Both the position numbers and the translations under genes were made by a program. From the human T2T-CHM13v2.0 reference genome, Homo sapiens, in NCBI RefSeq assembly GCF_009914755.1, contig NC_060927.1: 64,000 nucleotides of DNA; one strand, 5' to 3'. A model generated the notes under the pieces. The model was not told where the DNA came from. It saw only the letters and a list, made by a program, of their open reading frames with translations, and ran no database searches. Below are positions 51,391-64,000 of this stretch, piece after piece (the stretch's first letter is position 1; each line of letters starts with the position of its first letter).

Positions 51391-52587
51391 GTATTAGAAA
51401 ACTTCAGTTGATTACTTCGTCCATGCCTCCCGGAGGGCTCCAGCTCCGCTGCCGGGTGGCAAGTCTCAAGTACCCTATTTAGTTCTTTTTTAAAATCTGA
51501 ACTGAAAACAAAAAGTCTTCTTTTCCTAAAAGGATAAGAGATGAAAGAAAGGACAAGGTCAAGGAGCATTTTATTCCACTCCTCGCTTGCGTTTTTTTTT
51601 TGCTGGTGCACTAGAAATGGCCCTGTGGATGCTGTAGCGTGACATCTGCCTCAGAGAATACAAGTAACTTGGGGAGAGCAATCAAGTGTCCACAGGTGGC
51701 CCACAGCAGTGCCCCATTTCCATTTTAAGAGGCTGTCCTCTTGACTAGACTCCAAAGTGTACAGAGAGACACTCCGAGCCAAAACTGCTGCTTCCTTGCA
51801 GAAAACCCCAGCAGGTCTGTGCCCAGGGGGCAGGGGGCTCCTGGTGGCTGAGCAATCACAGTGGCTGAGAGCTGGCGCTGGATGGGTTGCTCTAGAATCA
51901 TCCAGCCTGTGACACACGCCCAGACTCAAGCCCAGGACAGCACTCATCTGGCCTCTAGTAAGGCTGCTGCCTCCCCACAGCTGGGGCCCTCGTGGATTCC
52001 AGCCCCAGCACCACCCCTGCCCCACTCCCTAGGAACAACCCTGACTTCATCAGTGAGTTCTAACTCTCCTGGCTTTCTGCTCACTCAGACTTTACGCACG
52101 GGAGCCAACCTGGCTGAGCTTCAAACCCCTTCATCACTTCACAGCTGCAAGATGTCCCCATTGTGAACTTGACTTTCCTCCTCTGGAACAATAATGGGAG
52201 CCGCTATTTACCAAAGGTCCACTAACTGCCAGAAACTTCAAAGTAATCCTCATGACCACGCTATGGGACTGTGAGGGAGCTGATCTCCCCGAATCAAGGG
52301 CAAGAATTATTTAAAACAATGACGCTACCCAGCTTCGCTACCCAGCTTCCCAGCTTCGCTACCCAGATAAGGAAAGGCTCTGCCCCATCTACCATCTTCT
52401 TCCCTCCATTATGCAGTCTGAGTTCATCAGTTTCCATATGCAAAGTGCATTAATCAGAGGGGAGAGAAACAAGGACAGAGAGAGAAAAGAGAATACCAGA
52501 GGTGGGGTAGAAGAGGAAGGTCTTCTGGGGCAAAGCAAATGGAAGGAGAACTTTAGCAGAGTCCAGGGAAGGGCAAGAGAGGTTTCA

Positions 52588-52848
<261 letters not shown>

Positions 52849-53907
52849 CCTGAGAGTAGTTTCCTAAAAGAGTTGGTATTGGTTATAAAATGGATCCCCC
52901 TTGACTATTCTTTGAGAGACACAAATAAAAAGAACTGCCTTTATTGTTAGCTAATGGATTTCAAATCTCTGAATGTAACCAAAGCCTAAGTCTGGAGGAT
53001 TGTGGACTTTGCTATTTGCTTAGATTACATTACAATTTTATAGGTAAAAAAACAGGCGGAGACAGCCAGTAACTTGCTAAGGGTCACCCAGCTCATGAAT
53101 GGCAGAGCTTAAATTCAACATCTCCACAACCCCAGCTCTATCTGTGAGGCTCTCTGCCTCTGAACCAGAGGAACAATAATCCTGCCTAAGGGGTCAGGTG
53201 AGGGGTGAGCGTGAGATGAGCCGTGTACACTCAGCTTTGCACAATGAATTGCACACTGTGGGTGAAGCCACAAATAACAGTCCCTTTCCTTCCCCTCCCT
53301 TTGTCCTAATCACCGAATTCTCCCTTGTTCTTAAGACCCAGTTCCTGCTTGATAACCTAGTTCTCACTGCTAGATTCCTGCCATGTCTTTTACCGCCCCA
53401 AGCCCTGTTTGGGTAACTGCCCCATTACCCTAGTCCCTCTCAGGCTGCTCACAGCTGGTCTTCCGACCCCAGACTCCTCCAGCATGAAGGCTGAGGTTCA
53501 ACTTCCTAGTGGAAGGCTTTTCCTGTATTAATACCCTGGCCACTCACATGCCTGAGGATCCAACCTTTCCCCATTTGCTCATTCATTCAAGAAACAGTCA
53601 CTAGTTCCTCCTTTGTGTCAGGTACTATGCTAGCCACTCAAGATAGAATGCTGTTAAAAAAAGAAAAAAAAACTGTCCCAAACTTGGAAATAAAGTATAA
53701 CTTTTCAAAGTCATCTATCTACACCCCGAGTCTGCTTACAGGGAGGTTATTTTTGTTTGATTCACTATTTGCTTTTGATTAGGGCCCAGACTCTGTAAAG
53801 TTAAGTTGTTAACTTGTTAAAGATTGATAAATTTGATAAATTGCAAAAAAGAATTCTGTCAGATACAGTCTCAAAGGTTACAGTGTTATTTTCCTATGGG
53901 ACATTAA

Positions 53908-54232
<325 letters not shown>

Positions 54233-54322
54233 TGAGTTTGCAATCTTATTCCAGCATTCTTTTTTCCATAATATTTTTCCATAATTCACTCACTCACTCT
54301 CACTCTCTCTCCCCTCCTCTCT

Positions 54323-54324
<2 letters not shown>

Positions 54325-54372
<48 letters not shown>
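54325..54372. repeat. (TG)24 microsatellite preceded by a (TC)-rich tract
   Basis: Seen directly. Confidence 0.95.
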
Positions 54373-54373
<1 letters not shown>

Positions 54374-54518
54374 CCTGGATGGTCCTTAGAACCAGCTTTC
54401 TCATCCTCATCCTGCTAGTTCGCTCATTAATGAGTTAAATGTGTGTGTGTTCCTGGATGGTCCTTAGAACCAGCTTTCTCATCCTCATCCTGCTAGTTCG
54501 CTCATTAATGAGTTAAAT
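54363..54518. repeat. Perfect 78-bp tandem duplication
   Basis: 54363-54440 identical to 54441-54518. Confidence 0.95.
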
Positions 54519-54674
54519 AAATATTTTGCCCAGGCTAAGTATATATTTGTACAAGAGTCAGAGAAAAATGAACCTCTGTATGAGACCTGTGAAATCTGAA
54601 GAATGAAGGTGAGGAAAGCATTTCAGGCAGAGGTGGTGACACCATGTACAAAGGTCCTATGGTAGGGAGGATGG

Positions 54675-54678
<4 letters not shown>

Positions 54679-54717
<39 letters not shown>
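54679..54717 (+). repeat. A39 homopolymer within an L2-like remnant
   Basis: Seen directly; no adjacent Alu/L1 body. Confidence 0.95.
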
Positions 54718-54718
<1 letters not shown>

Positions 54719-55080
54719 AGAAAGAAGGTCATGTGGCCTCCAGCATCTGTCTCAATCAGCCCCAGCTGTACCAACATTATGAACTGACTGTCAACTTGAG
54801 TCCCTTCTGTCTGCTCCAGACACATGCAGTGGCTAAGAACACAGCATGGGAGAACTATGTTTCCTGGATCATGCCATCCTTCAGTCATCAGGGGATGAGC
54901 CAGGTAAAGGACAGTTGGTGAAGTCCTAAATTCACTGGACTCCACCCCAGGCACCAGCCTCAGCACATAGCACAGAGGACAATTACCCTCTGTGAACATG
55001 AGCTGCTCAGTGCCAGGTGCTCTCTCAACCCCAGCGCAGTCTGTGGCTTGGTCCAGCTTCCCAGTCTGCTTGTTCACTAA

Positions 55081-55521
<441 letters not shown>

Positions 55522-55666
55522 TGATTTTGCCTGTCTAAATCAACTCCTAGTTCAAGATTTGAACAGAGGTTTTTGCTCTCTTTCCTGGCATAAAGGACAT
55601 TAGCAATGGGAGCAGGAAGAAGACCCCAACCAGAGGCTGATCCTTAACTATATAACTTTGTGGGGG

Positions 55667-55977
55667 TTTTTTGTTGTGCTTTTGTTTTTGTTTCTGAGAC
55701 ATGGTCTCACTCTGTTGCCCAGGCTGGAGTACAGTAGTGCGATCTTGGCTCACTGCAGCTTCGGCCTCCTGGGCTCAAGCGATCCTCCTACCTCAGCCTC
55801 TCAAGTAGCTGGGACTACAGGTGCGTTCCACGATGGCCAGCTAATTTTTAAATTTTTTGTAGAGACGGTGTCTCCCTATGTTGCCCAGGCTGATCTCATA
55901 CTCCTGGGCTCAAGCAATCCTCCTGTCACAGCCTCCCAAAGTGCTGGGATTACAGGCATGAGCCACCGTGCCCAGCC
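55667..55977 (-). mobile_element. AluJ
   Basis: TSD taactttg. Confidence 0.9.
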
Positions 55978-56088
55978 TAACTTTGGATACATTGCTTAAC
56001 CTTCCTGAGGTTCAGTTTCCTCATGTGGAAGGAGAAATATTCATATCTCATTAAAAGGCTCAGTGATCATGGATGAAAGCACACTGTA

Positions 56089-56430
<342 letters not shown>

Positions 56431-57099
56431 CTAAACGTGTGTTATTTTCATAGTTGTTATGATTATCAGATGTATTTTTTGAAATCTCACAAGGCTTTGT
56501 TAAGTAAGTAAATGATACAACTCTACATGAAACTTGGGCAAAATTTCCCTACACAAATGTAAAGCCCAAAACAACTAACAAGCAAAAAGCATGGCAAGGA
56601 AACGAGGTTTAACTATAGAAGCTCTAGTACTAAAAGGCTGCCAGGTGCCGTTTCTGGAGGGCTCATGTGCATCAGGCACTGTGTTGGGCACTGACCTGAA
56701 TCATCCTGAGCATTAAAATATAACTTACGGAGAATTTAAGTCTCTTTTTTCAATCTGTTTGGATTTTTCAAAAGAGACTACTTTGTGGATAACATGACTA
56801 TTTTTCTAAAATTATTCGCCAGAAAGGGAAAAGAGTTTCAACAGCCCTCTTGGAAAAGGGATTTCCCTTTTCCCTCTTGGAAAAGGAGTTTCCACCACCC
56901 TCGCTGAAGAGTTCATATTTTTCCATTACCATATGCCTTAATTGTCTCAAGATACTAGCAACGGTATGGATGGGTAATCTTTTCATATTTTTCTCATTAA
57001 ACCTGTAACAAAACACAGTATAACTTAAAAACTTCCCACACTCCCCCGAATCCAGGACAATAGAAGAAAATACAAGATGCGGCAGGAATGATGACTGAC

Positions 57100-57479
57100 T
57101 GATATGGTTTGGATCTGTGTCTCTGAATCTCATGTGAAACTGTGATCCCCATGTGTCAGGGGAAGGGCCTGGTGAGAGGTGACTGGACCTGGTGGTGGAT
57201 TTCCCCCTTGCTGTTCTTGTGACAGTGAGTGAGTTCTCTCAGGATCTGATGGTTTAAAAGTGTGGCACGTCCCCCCTCACTCTCATTCTCTCCTGACCCC
57301 ATGTAAGATGTGCCATGCCTCCTCTTTGCCTTCTGCCATGATTCTAAGTTTCCTGAGGCCTCAGGAGACTGGGCCTCAGTTCTCCTCTGGGGAACTGTTC
57401 ATCAATTAAATCTCTTTTCTTTATAAATTACCCAGTCTCAGGTAGTTCTTTAATAGCAGTGTGAAAATGGACTAATACA
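57100..57479 (+). mobile_element. MaLR solo LTR, MSTA/THE1-group
   Basis: tgatatggtttggatctgtgtc ... ataaattacccagtctcaggtagttcttt...ggactaataca. Confidence 0.85.
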
Positions 57480-57935
57480 ATGGCTGGGGCACAGAGCACC
57501 AATTTTCAACTCTTTGTAAAGCAATTTATGCTCAAGGATCATAATTTTCCTCTGTGCTATGAGCTGAGGCCGGCGTCTGGGGGGTGGAGTTCAGTGAAGA
57601 GGCATCTTGTCCTTCTCAGGAATTAGGACTTTGACAACTGTCCTTTACCAAGCTCGTCCTCTGATGACTCTGATTTGTTGTATCAAAGAGTAATGTGAAA
57701 TGCTAAAAAAAAGATATAAAATCTTCCAGACAGAATTCATTTTAACTTTGTTTATATGCCTTGCTGCTTCTTTAGGAATGGACTGAATGGCCATGATAAG
57801 ATCAGGCAGTGAGGATCTTTGTGGCACCCAGCAAACAGGAGACATGCAATCATCATTTTTTCAATCAATCCCAAAGTGACTGGACTCAAAGAGGTATTCA
57901 AAAGTCTGACACTAGGGGGCAAAAGAGAGTAAATT

Positions 57936-57939
<4 letters not shown>

Positions 57940-57987
<48 letters not shown>
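57940..57987. repeat. (GA)n microsatellite
   Basis: Seen directly. Confidence 0.95.
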
Positions 57988-57990
<3 letters not shown>

Positions 57991-58684
57991 TTTTTTAACC
58001 TGGTCTCAATTTGAGACCCCAGTAGAGAGAAACCTAAAAAATGTAAGTTGAATAGAGAGGAAACTAAAAAATATAAGTTGAAGCTAAAATTGGACATTTG
58101 AAGATTTTCTGGCAAAATTTTGATGACAAATTCAAGGCTGCCCTAAAAGTCTGAGGACTCCTTTAGTCTAGTTAGTGAGAACCTCTGTTTAAAATGGAAA
58201 TAGGCTACCAGGACCGGATAACATATTAATTCCCATCAACCATTAACTCCCACCTGTGATGAGAAGTAATTCATCAGCTGAGTTATCAAAGAGCAAGGCC
58301 CTGGGGGATTGGAACACAAGGTTGGGAGCTTTCAATTGAAAGAAGGAAAAAAACATAGGTGACAGTGCCCTCCAAGCACAGCCCCCATGAGATTGCCTTT
58401 AATCCCCATCATCATCCCTTATTCTCATTTTGTAGACCTAGAGACTGGGACTCACCAACTGAAACACAGTCTTAATGACTGGCATCACCATCTGCCCCCA
58501 TTTCCACTGTGGAACCCAGGGGGTCTGCTGAGCCACCCTCCCTCATTTCTGCATCCACTCTGCTTCAAACCCCCTCCTCTCCTGTCTATTCCCTATCTTA
58601 GCTCTCCCTGCACACTGCAAACGAGAAGCTTCTAAATCTCAAATATAGTTATTCCTTCCTCATCCCATTTCAAACCCTTGAAAT

Positions 58685-59029
58685 TGCTATGGTCTGAATG
58701 TTTGTGTCTCACCAAAATTCATGGGTTGAAACCTAATCCCCCATGTGATGGTATGAGGAGGTAGGGCCTCTGGAAGGTGATTAAATGAATGGGATTAGTG
58801 CATTAATAAAAGGCCCCAGAGAGCTTCTTTCCTTTCCATCTCATGAGGACACAGTGAGAAGGCACCATCTATGAACGAGGAAATGGGCCCTCACAAGATG
58901 CTGAATCTGCTGGCACCTTGACCTTGGACTTCTCAGCCTCCAGAACTGTGAGAAATCAATAAATTTCTGTTGTTTATAAGCCACTCTCTTTATGATGTAT
59001 TGCTACAGCAGCTCAAATGGACTAAGACA
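58685..59029 (+). mobile_element. MaLR solo LTR, MLT1A/MSTD-group
   Basis: tgctatggtctgaatgtttgtgtc ... cagcctccagaactgtgagaaat...ggactaagaca. Confidence 0.85.
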
Positions 59030-59098
59030 GCAAGGCCCCGTATCTCTTACAGAATAAAATCCAAGATAAAAAAGCACAGCTATGCAGACCCTATAGCC

Positions 59099-59182
59099 CA
59101 AGCTTGTCCAACCTGTGGCCCACAGGCGGGCCCAGTACAGCTTTGAACGTGGCCCAACACAAATTCGGAAACTTTCTTAAAA

Positions 59183-59225
<43 letters not shown>

Positions 59226-59345
59226 TTTGCAATTTGCTTATTTGCTCATCAGCTGTCATTAGTGTTACTGTATTTTATGTGTGGCCCAAGACAATTATTC
59301 TTCTTCCAATGTGGCTCAGGGAAGCCAAAAGATTGAACACCCCTG
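59099..59345 (+). mobile_element. MER30 (hAT-Charlie) containing a (TTA)n run
   Basis: caagcttgtccaacc ... gattgaacacccctg; 8-bp TSD ctatagcc / ctctagcc. Confidence 0.85.
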
Positions 59346-61366
59346 CTCTAGCCATTACAACCCTCCCCACCTCACCTACCCCTCAACTCATTTCCTGGGA
59401 TCCCTACCCCAGCATCCCCACACAGGGCCTCCAGCCCTGCAGAAGCACTTGCCACCAAACAGCACTGAGGCCTGCGATGCTTGGTTTCCACTGAGCAGCT
59501 CAGCCTCTGATGACCCAGCCCCAGGGCCATCTTCTCTGACAAGTCTTTCTGACCCTCATGACCTCCCTCAGGATGGACCACTCCCCCGGAGCCCCCAACT
59601 CTCAATTCAGACTTCTAGCCTGTCCACCCACATGCCCTGTGGGGAGGTCCTGCAGAGCAGGGTCCACATTTGGTCACTTCTGCCCAGTCCATGGCCTGGA
59701 AGACAGTCGGGCCCAGGGATCAGGTGGAGGGCTCTTGGTTCTTGGAAGGGGCTGGTATCAAGAGGAAGATGGCTAAGGGTGGGCAGAAAGAGATGCCAAA
59801 AGCAAACTCTGCCCCCCTAAGAGCTTAGCAGCAGGCTTGCCTGAGCAAGAAGGCCTGGGCAAAAGTGGGGTCTGGCAGCCTCTCCATAAACAGGGCTGAC
59901 TCCGCGCAGATCTACCCCGGGCAGGTTGTCACAGGAACTCAGAGGAGCTGTTTGTGGGGGCTTTTTCACATCCACGTATGCCTTTGCCCTGATCAACAGA
60001 GAGACAGCCTGCGAGTACAATGAGAGGCCCCCAGTAGGAGATGACGAAGGGTAAATGATCCAAACACCTGCTCTGCACCCCTTACTTCACTGCCCTGTCA
60101 TTCCCCTGTATTATCAGGAAAACTGAAAGATTTTCTATTTTCACTCCTCCAGGGCCTCCACATTCCAATTCTAGAATTCCTGGAAGATGCTTCAGCAAGA
60201 ACTCATAAAACTTTCACAATTCCAAAGTCACACTTCTCATGAACGTGTGTACAGTTGAAGGCAACGTCACACGCAAGCTCTTCTGGCCTCTGTTTCCTCA
60301 TCTGCAAAATGAGGCGGACAAGACTTAATTAACTTTGATGTCCTGCAACTACAAGGTATAATGTACAGTTGGGTTTTTAAGGTTCTCAAAGTTATTTATG
60401 CAAACACTGAATCAGTAACATCGCAAACTGCTGCTCGCTTCCCAGTGCCAAATTTTTACAGTCAGCCAAGGCTTCCTGCATAGAGACAATTGAAAAACAA
60501 TCACTCTTTTATTCAATCCACACAAACACACAAAAGAAAATGGTCCAAACTCTCTCTGCACACACACAAAAAAACTAACCAGGGAAATCAAACAGAAAGA
60601 GGCCCTCCACTCACTCATTTGGCAAAGCTATTACTTGGTATCAGATACTGTTGAATATTTACAAAGATTAACACTCATTAAATAGGACCAGGAAGGTGGC
60701 TTGGCTCCTTCTCTTCCCGGTCATCCTGACTTTTTTTTTTTTTCCTTCCCTGCAGCCAAGAGCAACACTGGCTGGACCTTGGTTCACTTCCCCACTTTCC
60801 TTGCTATGGGGACCCCAGGCACAATGACTGAGTCCAGAAACATGAATGGTGCTATGAGCTCCTTCATGACCTCAGCAGTCATCTGGGGGTGCCACAGCTG
60901 AGCCCTCAGCCCGAGCCCTCCTGCCCAGGGACTTCACAGACCACTCCTCAAACTGCCTTCCCAAACACCACAGAAAGCCAAGCGGCCATTTGGGTTTTCT
61001 TGGTTTGACTTTTAATGCAAGCTGTCTCAAGAAATGATAGATTCAAACACAGCTGTCCTTCCTCCTTTCCCCCTACTGTGGAATTGGCCATTTCAGGATC
61101 CAAAGGAAGGTATGTCCACATGTTTATGCCCACAGGCACACAGAGTCCTAACCTCAGCAGATACCCTGAAGCAGATCCCATGTCCACCTTTAAGCACGTT
61201 TTGCTGTTCTGGGCCCTCACAGTGTTTTATGTACACTCCATATGAGAAGAACCCCATTGAACTTTATTATTACCAAGAAGTCATCAGGTTGAAATTCTTG
61301 ATTATTCATGATGGGAGCTTGGCATTAGTTCAGCCAACAGATAAAGTAGTAAGAATTTTCAAGAGG

Positions 61367-61753
<387 letters not shown>

Positions 61754-61855
61754 TGAAAATTACTATTAAAGAACACACTGTCTTAATTCCAAATATAACC
61801 TTCGTGAAGTGGGAAGAAATAAAACTTTATTTTTTAATATTTTAGCAAATATTTT

Positions 61856-62130
61856 CCAGGCTCACACTGTAATCCCAACAGTTTGGGAGGCCAAGGCAGG
61901 AGGATTGCTTGAAGCCAGGAGCTTCAGATCAGCTTGGGCAATATAGCCAGACCCCATCTCTACAAAAATTAGTTAGATGTGATGGTGCACACTTGTAGTT
62001 CCAGCTACTTGGGAGGATGAAGCAGCAGGATTGCTTGAGTCCAAGAATTCCAGGCTACACTGAGCTATGATTGCACAACTACACTCCAGCCTTGGAAAAA
62101 GAGTGAGACCTCATCCCCAAAACAAGAAAA
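61856..62130 (+). mobile_element. AluJ, diverged
   Basis: J-type dimer. Confidence 0.85.
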
Positions 62131-62269
62131 ATTTTCTGCTCATATTGCCCTTCCTCTAGTCAACTAAAAATAAGAGATCTTTACTGAAGAGAACATAGTA
62201 GGCATGTAATTATGACAGTGAGAGATCACTATGTAGGGAATGCTTAAACCATAGGAAACAAGTCCTGTT

Positions 62270-62490
62270 TTGCTCCATATGCTTGAACCCTGACTCTATC
62301 ATATACTAGCTGTGTGGCCTTGGGCAAATGACTTAACCCCTCTGAGCCTCTGCTTCCTCAGCCATAAAATGAGACTAATAGGCAGCATCTGTATCCTACG
62401 CTGATTGTGAGGAATCAATGAGAAAAGCCTGCAAATGCTTGCCCGAGTGCCTGGCATATGGTAAGGGCTCGATAAATGTTAGCTATTGTC
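62270..62490 (+). mobile_element. MIR
   Basis: ctagctgtgtggccttgggcaaatgacttaacccctctgagcctc...agtgcctggcatatggtaagggctcgataaatgttagc. Confidence 0.8.
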
Positions 62491-62625
62491 ATAGTGAATG
62501 TTATTTTCACTTCTCTACAAAGAGCGCCCCACGTATCTTCAGAAATGACTTCTCAGTGCATCACATACACTCTTACAATAACCAGTGAGAGGCAGATTTA
62601 TTGTAAAGTCCTTTTTTTAAAGAGG

Positions 62626-62627
<2 letters not shown>

Positions 62628-62660
<33 letters not shown>
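62628..62660. repeat. (AC)n microsatellite
   Basis: Seen directly. Confidence 0.93.
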
Positions 62661-62662
<2 letters not shown>

Positions 62663-62706
62663 TAAGCATCAGGCCCCACAAAACCTGGATCCTTCCCTGA
62701 TCATAG

Positions 62707-63554
<848 letters not shown>

Positions 63555-63769
63555 TCCTTCTGCAAATTTGTATTTGAAATGTTATACATTTTAGACTTAT
63601 CCACGTTGATGCATGCAGGTGATAACTGCTCTATAGTACTTGATTATATGGATATAAGCTCAATTAATTTACGCATTCTCCTGTGGATGAACATTTAGGT
63701 GTTCAGAGTTTTTTGCCATTTGTACAAACAACGCTTCAATAAGCATGCAGCCATTCTTGTTCTAGGGAA

Positions 63770-64000
63770 TCGCGACAGATGCTGATGCATCCTTTTGTCC
63801 TTTTTAACAGAACTCAACACGTTCCCAAGTTGCAATTCAACATTCTTACCTTCCCAGACCCCCTGTAGCTACAGAGCTTCAGTTCTGGCCAAATATGTAA
63901 ACAGAAATCTGCTGGGATTCCTGAAAGACTTTGTTTTCCTGATACAGTGCAGGCCTTCCCTTCTCCTTCCTTCTTCCTGCTGGAACGTGGACATGAGGGC
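63770..64000 (+). mobile_element. LTR16-like ERVL LTR, partial
   Basis: ttcccagaccccctgtagcta...agttctggccaa...cttcttcctgctggaacgtggacatg. Confidence 0.5.

Noticed and set aside
59281-59820. 179-aa Pro/Ser-rich ORF
   Set aside because: Starts at a GTG inside MER30, low-complexity composition, no splice or homology support

Overview
Primate (almost certainly human) genomic DNA, roughly half interspersed repeats, lying inside large 5' introns of ARHGEF3 (XPLN, a Rho GEF; minus strand). The only confident coding segment is a 67-bp minus-strand exon (21086-21152) encoding (R)PKRQRQNNFPMFPSPKAWNFRG, which I recognise from memory as the N-terminal region of the long ARHGEF3 isoform; it is not in the ORF track. 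Splice signals suggest further structure: on the minus strand a candidate alternative first exon (donor after 39554) and a 59-bp cassette (38040-38098) that would switch N-termini, plus a candidate truncating exon (1021-1380) that starts with an in-frame TGA. On the plus strand there is a candidate spliced antisense RNA (2847-2922, 20451-20547, 22798-~23115), consistent with ARHGEF3-AS1, whose last intron spans the coding exon. Repeats include a complete Tigger1 (4440-13863) carrying three Alus and a full-length, inactivated L1PA4-like element (7397-13570), about 33 Alus, several ERVL/MaLR solo LTRs, MER DNA elements, MIR and L2. Structural oddities: a 1.1-kb AT tract grown out of an Alu tail, a ~95-bp templated insertion inside MER47A, a perfect 78-bp tandem duplication, and an orphan A39. 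Repeat subfamily calls come from remembered consensus sequences, boundaries of old repeats are approximate, and no searches were run. I found no evidence for a wholly new biological system; the most novel candidates are the splicing/promoter switches of ARHGEF3.
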